Assembly: GCA_934364805.1 (NCBI GenBank)
Contig: CAKRMH010000004.1
Coordinates: forward strand, 82,668 to 146,667
DNA length: 64,000 bases
From: an uncultured Lachnospiraceae bacterium
Lineage (GTDB): Bacteria; Bacillota; Clostridia; Lachnospirales; Lachnospiraceae
Reading direction: 5' to 3'
Position 1 is the first letter of the stretch. The number at the start of each line of letters is the position of its first letter. The position numbers and the translations under genes were made by a program. Below the pieces are notes generated by a model, which ran no database searches, was not told the origin of the DNA, and saw only the letters and a list, made by a program, of their open reading frames with translations. This document shows positions 50,312-60,224 of the stretch, piece after piece.

Positions 50312-51414
50312 TTTTACGAATACCGGATTTTTATGAGGACTTTTCCTGTATTGCAGATCAATGTACAGACAGCTGCTGTATAGGCTGGGAAATCGATATC
50401 GATGAAGATACCTATGGATATTATTACGGACTGGAAGGAGAACTTGGAGAGCGGTTTCGTAAGAACGTGTTCACCACAGAGGACGGCGAGTATGGTTTAA
50501 GACTCGATCCGCATGGAAGATGCCCTTTTCTCGATGAAAAGAACCTGTGTGACATCTGCAGTGCATACGGGGAAGTGGCACTCAGCGAGGTGTGCACGGA
50601 GTATCCAAGGACAACGATCACATATGGCAGTGTCATGCAGAAATGTCTGGGACTTTCCTGTGTGGAAGCTGGAAGAATGGTATTTGAGAAGGAAGAACCG
50701 ATCACCCTGGTAGAACTTCCGATGACCTCGGAGGAATGCGATGAGGAGGAAGACGAAGCGGATCTCAGCTGGTATCGTTTCTTAGAGTATGCGCAGAAAA
50801 AGACTTTTGAGATCCTTCAGGACCGGAGGTTTACAATCTGGGAACGCATGGATCATTATCTGGAATATGCAGGGAACGTGCAGGATGTGATCAGCAGACA
50901 GGATCTGGATGATCCGGACTGGAATACAGAACAGATCGATTACCAGATGGTGGAAGTGGATCAGCATATGCCGGCTGAAGAAAGCATGGATTCTTTTGAA
51001 CGGTATCAGGACAGGATCTATATGCTTGAGCAGATGGATATCTTAAATGCAGAATGGCGTGGTGTGAAAAATGAACTTGCAGGTCAGAACGAAGAAGCAT
51101 ATCTTCAGGGCATGAAGCAGTGGTTAGCCTCAGGGGATTGTGTAGAGCGTGATTATGAGCATCTGCTGGTATATTTTAATTACCGGTATCTGCTCCGTAC
51201 GATCTATGATTATAATTTCCTTACAAGGGCAAGGCTTGCAGTGACTTATACGAAGATCATACGTGATATGGATGCACTCCGTTACCGGAAGCAGAATGGG
51301 CATTATGACAGAGCCGACCGGATTGACGTCGTACGCATTTTTTCCAAGGAAATGGAGCATTCGGAAGAGAACTATAAGATCGCAGAGGAAGAGATTGAAT
51401 TTTCTTCTTTCTGA
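50308..51414 (+). CDS. FliB/YkgJ-family cysteine-cluster protein (putative lysine-N-methylase-like)
   Basis: N-terminal DFSCIADQCTDSCCIGW and later HGRCPFL..NLCDIC clusters, the same CxxCxxCC-type family as 11534..12214. 368 aa, similar in length to FliB. Confidence 0.45.
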   Translation: MILRIPDFYEDFSCIADQCTDSCCIGWEIDIDEDTYGYYYGLEGELGERFRKNVFTTEDGEYGLRLDPHGRCPFLDEKNLCDICSAYGEVALSEVCTEYPRTTITYGSVMQKCLGLSCVEAGRMVFEKEEPITLVELPMTSEECDEEEDEADLSWYRFLEYAQKKTFEILQDRRFTIWERMDHYLEYAGNVQDVISRQDLDDPDWNTEQIDYQMVEVDQHMPAEESMDSFERYQDRIYMLEQMDILNAEWRGVKNELAGQNEEAYLQGMKQWLASGDCVERDYEHLLVYFNYRYLLRTIYDYNFLTRARLAVTYTKIIRDMDALRYRKQNGHYDRADRIDVVRIFSKEMEHSEENYKIAEEEIEFSSF

Positions 51415-51471
51415 GAGTACAATAAGCATAGAAGTGGTACATAAGATACAGACCAGAGGCGAGGTATGAAT

Positions 51472-53022
51472 ATGGATAATGAGAGAAGCATGTCGGGCGA
51501 ACAGAGAGTACAGCAGCTAAGAGAGAAGATTGAATCAAGAATTTACAGAGAGAAGGCACCTAAGATTAAGCGGGCAAACCGGATGGTGATCCTGATCGAA
51601 TTGATATTGGAAATGGGGTGCCTGATCAATGCAGGTTTCCTGATTTTGGACAGAGGAATCGGTGCAGTTCTTTTGACATGGATTGCGGTTATTGTTGCAG
51701 GAGAAGTGGTACAGATCGGACTTTTCCTTAAAGACCCTGGAAATGACAGACTACATTTCCTCTGTATCATTCAGTTTGGAATCGTATATATTTTTTCAAT
51801 TTTCCTGAATTATAATGATAGTACGTTATTTTTAGCAATGCCTTTATTTTTGGCAACGCTCATGTATAATAATTGTAAACAGATGGATCTGTCGTGTATT
51901 ACCTGTGGAATTGTAGCTACAGTCCGTACGATCCTTGTGGCAGCCGGAATTCAGAATACCTCGAATGGACTGCCAGAGGAGATACTTGTATATGGGATTT
52001 TGATGGTAGCGTTGTTTTCACTGACCAGGGCAACACGGATTTCCTGGAGATTTAATCATGATGCCATGCATTCCATGGAGGATGAGAAAGAGATTCAGGG
52101 AATTATCATGAAAGATGTCCTCGCGATTGCAAAAGGAGTTCAGGACAAGACAAAAGAGACCGATGTTGTAATCGATCATCTGTATGATTCCGCCCAGAAT
52201 ATTAATAACATTGTTGGAGAGATCACTTCCGGTACACAGAGTACTGCAGATAACATCCAGAACCAGACTGTTATGACACAGACGATCCAGGATTCCATCC
52301 AGGATGCAGCAGGACGCACGAAGAACGCAGCAGATAAGGCAACAGAATCCATGGAGACGGTGAAGGAAAGTTTAAAGACCATGGAACAACTCAGCCAGCA
52401 TTCGGATCATATTGCAGTGACAAACTCCAAGGTAGTTGCTTCCATGGAGAAGCTTCAGAAGAAGACAGAGGATGTTAAGGCAATTACGGATATGATCCTG
52501 GATATTTCAAGTCAGACCAACCTTCTTGCATTGAATGCTTCTATCGAAGCTGCCAGAGCAGGGGAGGCAGGAAAAGGCTTTGCAGTAGTAGCAGATCAGA
52601 TCCGCCAGCTTGCTGAACAGACGAAGAATTCGACAGAAAGCATTACGGAGATCGTCGGAGAACTGAGTGCATACTCTGCAGAAGCGTCAGAATCGATTCA
52701 GGACTCTCTTACGGTGACCGAGGAACAGACAAACCTGATCGGAGATGCCTCCAAAGATTTCGAACGTATTAATCAGAATATGCAGGAATTGAACAATGAG
52801 ATGGGAAGTATTGATTCCATGATGTCAGAGCTTATGAATTCCAATAATGCGATTGTGGACAGTATCAGCCAGCTCTCCGCAGCAAGCCAGCAGATTACGG
52901 CAAGCAGTGAGGAAGCAACTGGAATCACGCAGAGTAACAAAGAAAGTTCAAAACAGGCAAAAGATATGCTGGAGCAGGTAATTGATTACTCACATCAGCT
53001 GGACAAATATATGGATCAGTAA
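51472..53022 (+). CDS. methyl-accepting chemotaxis protein with membrane-embedded N-terminal sensor (multi-TM, no periplasmic domain)
   Basis: Five to six N-terminal TM helices. C-terminal MCP signalling domain ([34 protein letters not shown]). Confidence 0.8.
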   Translation: MDNERSMSGEQRVQQLREKIESRIYREKAPKIKRANRMVILIELILEMGCLINAGFLILDRGIGAVLLTWIAVIVAGEVVQIGLFLKDPGNDRLHFLCIIQFGIVYIFSIFLNYNDSTLFLAMPLFLATLMYNNCKQMDLSCITCGIVATVRTILVAAGIQNTSNGLPEEILVYGILMVALFSLTRATRISWRFNHDAMHSMEDEKEIQGIIMKDVLAIAKGVQDKTKETDVVIDHLYDSAQNINNIVGEITSGTQSTADNIQNQTVMTQTIQDSIQDAAGRTKNAADKATESMETVKESLKTMEQLSQHSDHIAVTNSKVVASMEKLQKKTEDVKAITDMILDISSQTNLLALNASIEAARAGEAGKGFAVVADQIRQLAEQTKNSTESITEIVGELSAYSAEASESIQDSLTVTEEQTNLIGDASKDFERINQNMQELNNEMGSIDSMMSELMNSNNAIVDSISQLSAASQQITASSEEATGITQSNKESSKQAKDMLEQVIDYSHQLDKYMDQ

Positions 53023-53060
53023 AAAAGAAGGCGGATTTAAAAATCTGCCTTCTTTTTTTT
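53023..53060. terminator. bidirectional rho-independent terminator
   Basis: GAAGGCGGATTT-aaaa-ATCTGCCTTC followed by T10 and preceded by an A-run. Confidence 0.75.
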
Positions 53061-53082
53061 ACTGCTTTTATAAAGGATGTGA

Positions 53083-54054
53083 TTATTTGTCCAGAAGATC
53101 TGCGTAGAAGTCTGCATAATCAGTGCGCCCCGCTTTGGTATAGTCGATGGCAGCAGATGGATGCTGGTTCAGACGACCGGTCAGAAGGTAAGGGATGTCA
53201 TAACCCCAGGCAATGCCTTCTGCTTTCAGAGGAAGCATATGTTCTTCGATAAATTTCAGTACCGGGAAAATATTGTATTTTGGATTCTTCAGGAAACTGA
53301 TCAGAAGTTCCATTGCACAGTTGCCGGCGCCACGTCCCATAGACATCATGGTTGCATCAAGATAGCTTACCCCGCGTGCAGTTGCTTCAATAGTATTGGC
53401 AAAAGCAAGCTGCTGGTTGTTGTGTGCATGCATTCCGATGTATTTATTGTATTTTTCCGCAACATCCATATATTTATCAGAAATGACACGGATCTGTTCC
53501 GGATAAAGGGAACCGTAACTGTCAACAATATAGATACCATCGGCAGGGCTTTGACCGACCATTTCCAGAGCCTGGTCGATATCGGCTTCTTTGGCATTGC
53601 TGACTGCCATAATATTACAGGTGACTTCATAACCTTTTGCCTTGGCGTCTTCGATCATTTCGATCGCAGTCGGCATCTGATGTACATATGTGGCTACGCG
53701 CACCATATCGATGACACTGTCTTTTTTGTCAATAATGTCATGTTTGTAATCGCAGCGTCCGACATCTGCCATGACAGAGATCTTCATATCGGAATTATTT
53801 TCTCCAACGATTGCACGGATATCTTCCTCACTGCAGAATTTCCATTTGCCAAATTTATCAGGATCGAACAGTTCACGGGATGCTTTGTAACCGAACTCCA
53901 TATAATCCACACCGGCCTTTACATTGGTACGGTAGAGGGCATTGATAAAGTCATCTGTAAAACGGAAATTGTTTACAAGTCCTCCATCACGCATGGTTGC
54001 ATCTAATACCCGGATATCTGAGCGGGCGGTCATTAAGTCTCCTTTTTGAGCCAT
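53083..54054 (-). CDS. DRE-TIM metallolyase (HMGL-like/pyruvate carboxyltransferase-fold aldolase)
   Basis: VLDATMRDGG, DSYGSLYP, GMHAHNNQQLAFANTIEA and GRGAGNCAME align with the DRE-TIM motifs of LeuA/HMGL/4-hydroxy-2-oxovalerate aldolase. AAGGAGG RBS. Confidence 0.6.
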   Translation of the reverse strand: MAQKGDLMTARSDIRVLDATMRDGGLVNNFRFTDDFINALYRTNVKAGVDYMEFGYKASRELFDPDKFGKWKFCSEEDIRAIVGENNSDMKISVMADVGRCDYKHDIIDKKDSVIDMVRVATYVHQMPTAIEMIEDAKAKGYEVTCNIMAVSNAKEADIDQALEMVGQSPADGIYIVDSYGSLYPEQIRVISDKYMDVAEKYNKYIGMHAHNNQQLAFANTIEATARGVSYLDATMMSMGRGAGNCAMELLISFLKNPKYNIFPVLKFIEEHMLPLKAEGIAWGYDIPYLLTGRLNQHPSAAIDYTKAGRTDYADFYADLLDK

Positions 54055-54261
54055 TGGTAAGTTCCTCCTTTAATAAATGAATGATGATTCTTTTGAATTA
54101 TTTAGTACTTCAACGCTTCGACGCTTTAAAGCATGTGAGTACATAATACCACAAAAAAAAGATTTTGCAAGTCTTTTGTAAAAAAAAGCATACTTTACTT
54201 TTCGCTGGGGTGCTAATATAATGAATGAGTGAATTTTTATGTATATTGAGGAGGATTAGAA

Positions 54262-55224
54262 ATGATCAATTTCACAGGGGCTTTCGACCTCTCGATCGTA
54301 GCATTTATTGGCATATTGTTTGCTTTTGCAATTACATGTATTGCCATTGCCAGATTAAATCAGTATCTGCCAAAGGACATGGGGCGCAAATTTGCGCACG
54401 ACGGTAAGCTTTCCGCCGGAAAACCAAGAGGGGCAGGTATTATTTTTGTATTTACATTTGTGATCGCAGCAGTTCTTTTTGCGCAGGTCAATCTGGAGAT
54501 CGGCATTTATCTGTGTCTGATCGTAGTAGAGATGCTGACCGGATATTTTGATGACGCAGCAGAGAAGCCATGGGGAGAGTATCTGAAAGGATTTTTGGAC
54601 TTTGTAGTAGCGGTTGTGGTAGCCGTTGTATACCTGCATTACAACAGTTCGGTCATCAATTTCGCAATTTTTGGTGGTTCTGTCACAATTCCACCAGTAG
54701 TTTTTGCAATCCTTACGGTGATCCTTGTATGGGCATCCATTAATGTTACAAACTGTTCGGACGGAGTAGATGGTCTTTCCGGAACTTTAACGATCATCAC
54801 GATCATGACCATTTTTGTGATCGATAATGTGCTTGGAATCCAGGATGGATTTAATTACTGTATCCTGTTATTTGCAGTATGTCTGCTTGGATATCTCTGG
54901 TATAATGCAACACCAAGTAAACTTTTAATGGGAGACGCCGGCTCCAGGGCAATGGGAATTTTTATTGCAATTGCGGTATTAAAGACAGGCAGTCCGCTTC
55001 TTTATCTGCTGGTTGCAGCGGTACTCATTGTGGATGGCGGTCTTGGACTGATCAAGCTGGCACTTTTACGTTACCTGAAAATACATATCCTGAAGAATAC
55101 AACGACTCCGCTGCATGATCATGCAAGAAAAAAGATGGAGTGGTCAAATGCGCAGGTTGTATTTCGTTTTGCGATCATTCAGATCGTTATTTCCGTTGCT
55201 ACCGTATACCTGGTTATGATGTAG
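54262..55224 (+). CDS. MraY/WecA-family polyprenyl-phosphate N-acetylhexosamine-1-phosphate transferase paralog
   Basis: About 10 TM helices. Motifs are GYFDDAAE (DDxxD-like), NVTNCSDGVDGLSG and TPLHDHARKK (HHH-like). The region equivalent to the MraY TPTMGG motif is divergent (KPRGAGIIFV). Confidence 0.6.
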   Translation: MINFTGAFDLSIVAFIGILFAFAITCIAIARLNQYLPKDMGRKFAHDGKLSAGKPRGAGIIFVFTFVIAAVLFAQVNLEIGIYLCLIVVEMLTGYFDDAAEKPWGEYLKGFLDFVVAVVVAVVYLHYNSSVINFAIFGGSVTIPPVVFAILTVILVWASINVTNCSDGVDGLSGTLTIITIMTIFVIDNVLGIQDGFNYCILLFAVCLLGYLWYNATPSKLLMGDAGSRAMGIFIAIAVLKTGSPLLYLLVAAVLIVDGGLGLIKLALLRYLKIHILKNTTTPLHDHARKKMEWSNAQVVFRFAIIQIVISVATVYLVMM

Positions 55225-55272
55225 GACTGCGGAAGCAAAACAGGTATTACGAATGGATTAGGAGTTGATAAC

Positions 55273-56292
55273 ATGAAGCTTGTAAAAACAGAAGATGCAG
55301 TGGGACATGTGCTGTGCCATGATATGACGCAGATCATTCGTGGTGTCACAAAGGATGCCAGATTCCGAAAAGGGCATATTGTTACACCGGAGGATATTCC
55401 GGTACTTCTTTCCATGGGAAAAGAAAATCTTTATGTCTGGGAAAAGGATGAGAATATGCTTCATGAGGATGAGGCTGTTGAATATCTAAGAGAGATCTGC
55501 TCCGGGGAGAATGTGACTTCGGGTCAGCCGAAAGAGGGCAAGATCGAGATCACGGCGGAATGTGATGGCATGCTCCAGATCGATGTAGAGAAGCTGTATG
55601 CTGTGAATTCGCTTGGGCATATGATGATCGCTACAAGACATTCGTATACACCTGTCAAAAAAGGAGATAAACTTGCCGGGACCCGTATTATTCCGCTTGT
55701 CATTGAAAAGACAAAGATGGAAGAAGCCAAAAAGGCTGCAGGTGATAAGCCGATTCTGAATGTGATTCCATATCAGATGAAAACAGCAGGACTGATCACA
55801 ACCGGTAATGAGGTAAAAAAGGGACTGATACAGGATACCTTTTCCGATGTGGTGATCGATAAGCTTGCGTCATATGGAATCCAGGTTGTGGCTCATGAAT
55901 ACCCGGGAGACGATGATGCACAGATCACAAAGCTGATCGGTGAGATGAAAGCGCAGGGACTGGATATGATCCTTTGTACCGGCGGAATGAGTGTGGACCC
56001 GGATGATAAAACGCCGGGAGCGATCAAAGCCAGTGGAGCCAGAATCATCACGTATGGTGCACCGGTTCTTCCGGGAGCGATGTTCCTTTTAAGTTATTTT
56101 GAAGACGGAACACCGGTGATAGGTCTGCCCGGATGCGTGATGTATGCGAAAAGCACGATTTTTGATATTATGCTTCCAAGGATTGCAACGAAGACGAGGA
56201 TAAAAGCAGAGGATTTTTATGTGCTGGGACATGGAGGACTTTGTCTTGGATGCAGCGAATGCCGTTATCCGGACTGCTCTTTTGGAAAATAG
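55273..56292 (+). CDS. molybdopterin-binding protein (MoeA-N-like + MoCF biosynthesis domain)
   Basis: Central GLITTGNEV...ILCTGGMSVD MogA/MoeA-type MoCF_biosynth fold. Typical ~340-aa clostridial architecture. Confidence 0.65.
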   Translation: MKLVKTEDAVGHVLCHDMTQIIRGVTKDARFRKGHIVTPEDIPVLLSMGKENLYVWEKDENMLHEDEAVEYLREICSGENVTSGQPKEGKIEITAECDGMLQIDVEKLYAVNSLGHMMIATRHSYTPVKKGDKLAGTRIIPLVIEKTKMEEAKKAAGDKPILNVIPYQMKTAGLITTGNEVKKGLIQDTFSDVVIDKLASYGIQVVAHEYPGDDDAQITKLIGEMKAQGLDMILCTGGMSVDPDDKTPGAIKASGARIITYGAPVLPGAMFLLSYFEDGTPVIGLPGCVMYAKSTIFDIMLPRIATKTRIKAEDFYVLGHGGLCLGCSECRYPDCSFGK

Positions 56293-56304
56293 AAAGGAGA
56301 ACAA

Positions 56305-56784
56305 ATGGCGGGTCTTAATCATTTTGATCAGCAGGGGAATGCTGTTATGGTAGACGTCTCCGAAAAGGAGATTACCGAACGGATTGCAACAGCCAGCGGA
56401 ATCATCAAAGTTAATCGGGCTGTGATGGATGCAATCGTTCAGAAAACAGCCAAAAAAGGAGATGTGCTCGGGGTTGCAAGAGTTGCGGGGATCATGGGGA
56501 CGAAACAGACGGCAGCTCTGATCCCGATGTGTCATCCGCTTTGCCTGAATAAGGCATCGGTAGATTTTGTGATCGATGAAGAACATGGCAGGATAGAAGC
56601 AATCTGCACAGTGAAGGTTTCGGGAAAGACTGGAGTTGAGATGGAGGCACTTATGGGAGTGAATACGGCACTTCTGACGATTTATGATATGTGCAAGGCA
56701 ATCGACCGTGGAATGGAGATTACAGAGGTACATCTTCTGAAAAAGGAAGGCGGAAAATCAGGCGTTTATGAAAGATCAGTATAA
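56305..56784 (+). CDS. moaC: cyclic pyranopterin monophosphate synthase
   Basis: [28 protein letters not shown] signature. Confidence 0.9.
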   Translation: MAGLNHFDQQGNAVMVDVSEKEITERIATASGIIKVNRAVMDAIVQKTAKKGDVLGVARVAGIMGTKQTAALIPMCHPLCLNKASVDFVIDEEHGRIEAICTVKVSGKTGVEMEALMGVNTALLTIYDMCKAIDRGMEITEVHLLKKEGGKSGVYERSV

Positions 56785-57748
56785 CCGGACAATCGATTAT
56801 GTGCGTATTTCACTTACCGACAGATGCAATCTGAATTGTGCATACTGTAATCCAGAACAACAGAAACAGTGCAGTAAAAAGGCAGTGCAGCCTATGTCCG
56901 ATGAACAGATCGTGCGGTTATGCGGCCTTTTTTATCAGCTCGGAGTGCGGAAGGTCAAACTGACCGGAGGAGAACCGCTTCTTCGGGACAATGTCCCGGA
57001 TCTGATTGGTGCATTAAAAGAAACATGCCACATGCAGTCCGTGACGATTACGACGAACGGGGTTTATCTGAAACAGCAGCTTGCTGCATTGGTCCAGGCG
57101 GGACTGGATGGCGTAAACATCAGTCTGGATACACTGGATGAAGAGCATTTCACAAAGATTACAGGATATCCGTTCCTGCATCAGGTACTGGAAGGAATCC
57201 ATTCTGCTTTGAATGTTCCTGATTTGAATGTCAAGATCAATTGTGTTCCGCTGGAACCGTATGAGGATGATCTGATCCGGCTTGCAGCTCTGGCACGCGA
57301 CAGGAAGCTTTCGGTACGGTTCATTGAACTGATGCCGATCGGAACGGCATCAGGACAAAAAGGCATGACAAAACAGCAGATCCTTGACCTGCTTGAAGCA
57401 GAGTACGGACCTGCTGTTTTATATGAGAAGAGGCTGGGAAACGGACCGGCAGAATATTACAGCTTTTCCGGTTTTCAGGGGAAAATCGGGTTTATCAGCG
57501 CAATGACCCATACATTTTGTAAAGACTGCAACCGTATTCGGCTGACGGCAGATGGACAACTGAAGACCTGTCTGCAGTATGAAGCAGGGACAGATCTTAA
57601 AAAAGCGATGGAAGCGCATGCAACGGATGAAGAACTGCTCAATCTGATCCGTGATGCTGTCAGAAGAAAACCGAAGGAACATCAATTTGGATCGGAGCAG
57701 AAAGTGTGTGGTCTGGAGAAACATTCCATGGCTGAGATCGGAGGATAA
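56768..57748 (+). CDS. moaA: GTP 3',8-cyclase (radical SAM)
   Basis: [15 protein letters not shown] radical-SAM motif and C-terminal cysteine cluster ([19 protein letters not shown]). Confidence 0.9.
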   Translation: MKDQYNRTIDYVRISLTDRCNLNCAYCNPEQQKQCSKKAVQPMSDEQIVRLCGLFYQLGVRKVKLTGGEPLLRDNVPDLIGALKETCHMQSVTITTNGVYLKQQLAALVQAGLDGVNISLDTLDEEHFTKITGYPFLHQVLEGIHSALNVPDLNVKINCVPLEPYEDDLIRLAALARDRKLSVRFIELMPIGTASGQKGMTKQQILDLLEAEYGPAVLYEKRLGNGPAEYYSFSGFQGKIGFISAMTHTFCKDCNRIRLTADGQLKTCLQYEAGTDLKKAMEAHATDEELLNLIRDAVRRKPKEHQFGSEQKVCGLEKHSMAEIGG

Positions 57749-57749
57749 C

Positions 57750-58661
57750 ATGGCAAAAGTAATCGCAGTGTGTACCAGTCAGGAACGTGGGACACAAAAA
57801 AAAAATATACACAGAGCAGAGTTGATAGAGGACTGGGGGATCGAGGGAGATGCACATGCCGGAAAATGGCACAGGCAGGTCTCGCTTTTATCCTATGAAA
57901 CAATCGAGGCTTTTCGAAAAAGAGGAGCAGATGTTGCAGACGGGGCATTTGGAGAGAACCTTGTGGTAAGTGGATATGATTTTACCAGATTCCCAGTTGG
58001 AAGCAGATTTTCCTGTGGAGAAGTGATCCTGGAGTTGACGCAGATCGGGAAAGAGTGTCATAATGGCTGTGCAATCTTTCAGAAAATGGGAGAATGCATC
58101 ATGCCACACAATGGCGTTTTTGCCAGAGTGGTCAAAGGCGGAACAATTGCAGAAGGAGACACATTTCAATGCATGTATCGCACTGCAGTCATCACTCTGA
58201 GCGATTCTGCATCAAAAGGAGAGCGGGAAGACATAAGCGGGAAGGTCATCTGCGGGATCGCAGAGAAGTCTGGCTGTCAGGTTACTTTTACCAAAGTAAT
58301 TCCGGACGACGAACAGACCTTATCCGATCTTCTTTGTATGCTTTGTGACAAAGACCAGGTGGATCTGATCCTTACAACGGGCGGAACTGGATTCTCCGAG
58401 CGTGATCATACACCGGAAGCTACTTTAAAGGTAATTGAGAGAAATGCAAATGGAATTTCGGAGGCAATGCGGTATCGCTCCCTGCAGGTAACACCAAGAG
58501 GAATGCTATCGAGAGGCGTGTCGGGAATCCGTAAGAAGACTCTGATCATCAATCTGCCGGGAAGCCCAAAGGCGGTCCGGGAATGCCTGGAATATGTGAT
58601 AGATCCTGTGATACATGGTCTGGATATCTTAAAAGGAGTCATCTCGAACTGTGCGGGATAA
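57750..58661 (+). CDS. MOSC domain fused to MoaB/MogA molybdopterin adenylyltransferase-like domain
   Basis: N-terminal MOSC beta-barrel region (ELIEDWGIEGDAHAG...GENLVVSG). C-terminal MoaB/MogA motifs (LTTGGTGFSERDHTPEA, INLPGSP). GGAGGA RBS 5 nt upstream. An A10 tract lies at 57788-57797. Confidence 0.75.
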   Translation: MAKVIAVCTSQERGTQKKNIHRAELIEDWGIEGDAHAGKWHRQVSLLSYETIEAFRKRGADVADGAFGENLVVSGYDFTRFPVGSRFSCGEVILELTQIGKECHNGCAIFQKMGECIMPHNGVFARVVKGGTIAEGDTFQCMYRTAVITLSDSASKGEREDISGKVICGIAEKSGCQVTFTKVIPDDEQTLSDLLCMLCDKDQVDLILTTGGTGFSERDHTPEATLKVIERNANGISEAMRYRSLQVTPRGMLSRGVSGIRKKTLIINLPGSPKAVRECLEYVIDPVIHGLDILKGVISNCAG

Positions 58662-58700
58662 GAAATTTCACGAATGTCAATGAAAGAAAAGGAGAAAAAT

Positions 58701-59537
58701 ATGAGATTGAAAAGATGGATGGCAGTATGTACTGCAATGGTAACGGCGGTAAGCCTGGCAGCCTGTGGAAACGCAAAGACAAATGATACAGACAAGAACA
58801 CCAGAGACAATACAACAGAAACAGCAAGCGAGACAACCCAGACAGGGGGAACTGTGACGATCGCAGCTGCAGCAAGCCTGGAGAAGGTGTTTGAGGAGCA
58901 GCTGATTCCAATGTTCAATGAGATGTATCCGGATGTTAAGGTAGAGGGAACTTACGACAGTTCGGGTAAACTTCAGACCCAGATCGAAGAAGGTGCAGAT
59001 GTGGACATATTCTTTTCCGCTGCGACAAAGCAGATGGATGCGTTAAAGGATGAAGGCATGATGGACGATGAATCCATCGTAGATATGCTGGAGAATAAGA
59101 TTGTTCTGATCGTACCACATGGTGAAGAAGGATACAGCAAATTCGAGGATATCGTAAATGCGCAGTCTGTAGCAATCGGTGATCCGGAAAGTGTTCCGGC
59201 TGGGCAGTATGGAAAAGAGGTACTTACGAATTTAGATCTCTGGGATCAGGTGGAAGGTAAATTAAGCCTTGGAACAAACGTTACCGAAGTATTAAACTGG
59301 GTTGCAGCATCAAGTGCACAGGCGGGCATTGTCTATGCAACAGATGCTGCTTCTATGCCGGATCAGGTGGATGTTGTTGCAGAAGCTCCGGAAGGAAGCT
59401 GCACAAAGGTTATTTATCCTGTTGGAATGCTGAAAAATGCCCAAAACCCGGAAGCTGCCAAAGCACTGCTTGCGTTCCTGCAGACGGATAAAGCAGCAAA
59501 TGTGTTTGAAGCTGCCGGATTTACAATTGCACAATAA
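58701..59537 (+). CDS. modA: molybdate ABC transporter substrate-binding lipoprotein
   Basis: Lipobox LAACGN, then ModA-like SGKLQTQIEEGADVDIFFSA. The track ORF begins 9 codons earlier without an RBS. Confidence 0.8.
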   Translation: MRLKRWMAVCTAMVTAVSLAACGNAKTNDTDKNTRDNTTETASETTQTGGTVTIAAAASLEKVFEEQLIPMFNEMYPDVKVEGTYDSSGKLQTQIEEGADVDIFFSAATKQMDALKDEGMMDDESIVDMLENKIVLIVPHGEEGYSKFEDIVNAQSVAIGDPESVPAGQYGKEVLTNLDLWDQVEGKLSLGTNVTEVLNWVAASSAQAGIVYATDAASMPDQVDVVAEAPEGSCTKVIYPVGMLKNAQNPEAAKALLAFLQTDKAANVFEAAGFTIAQ

Positions 59538-59564
59538 TCATGGAAGAAGTAAAGGAGGATACAC

Positions 59565-60224
59565 ATGGACTGGAGTCCGGTACTCATTTCCGTTAAAACG
59601 GCACTTGTTTCCATCGGTTTTACCTTTGTTCTTGGACTGTGGGCAGCACGCAGAGTTGTGTGTCTGAAGTCCGAGAAAGCGAAAGGTCTGATCGATGGGA
59701 TTTTTACGTTGCCGATGGCACTTCCGCCAACGGTAGCCGGATTTTTCCTGCTTTATATCTTCGGAACGAAAAGACCTGTTGGAATTCTGCTTCAGCAGGT
59801 CTTTTCCTGTAAGATTGTATTTACATGGCAGGCAGCCGTGATTGCAGCGGTGGTGATCTCATTCCCGCTTATGTACCGTTCCGCACGTGGTGCGATCGAG
59901 CAGGTGGATCAAAACCTTGTTTATGCGGCAAGAACATTTGGAATGAAGGAAAGAACCATATTCTGGAAAGTGATTTTCCCGGAGGCAAAACCGGGAATTC
60001 TTGCGGGAGGCATTCTCGCATTTACAAGGGGACTTGGGGAATTTGGCGCAACGGCGATGATCGCAGGAAATATCGCAGGTAAGACCAGAACGCTTCCTCT
60101 GGCTATTTACACGGATGTGGCAGCGGGAGATATGGCCGGAGCCGGAAAATACGTTGCAATTCTCGTGGCAGTATCTCTGATCATTGTATCCGTAATGAAC
60201 TGGAAAGGAGGAAGTCGCTCATGA
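59565..60224 (+). CDS. modB: molybdate ABC transporter permease
   Basis: Five to six TM helices. EAA-like loop ARTFGMKERTIFWKVIFPEAKPGILAG. Confidence 0.8.
   Translation: MDWSPVLISVKTALVSIGFTFVLGLWAARRVVCLKSEKAKGLIDGIFTLPMALPPTVAGFFLLYIFGTKRPVGILLQQVFSCKIVFTWQAAVIAAVVISFPLMYRSARGAIEQVDQNLVYAARTFGMKERTIFWKVIFPEAKPGILAGGILAFTRGLGEFGATAMIAGNIAGKTRTLPLAIYTDVAAGDMAGAGKYVAILVAVSLIIVSVMNWKGGSRS

Noticed and set aside
53161-54006. 281-aa ORF on the + strand across the DRE-TIM aldolase gene
   Set aside because: It is antisense to a CDS with clear conserved motifs. The translation is low-complexity with no motif.
54055-54261. Moco riboswitch upstream of the MraY-paralog/Moco operon
   Set aside because: I could not identify the conserved Moco RNA motif elements. 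The region is A-rich promoter-like sequence. An Infernal scan would settle it.
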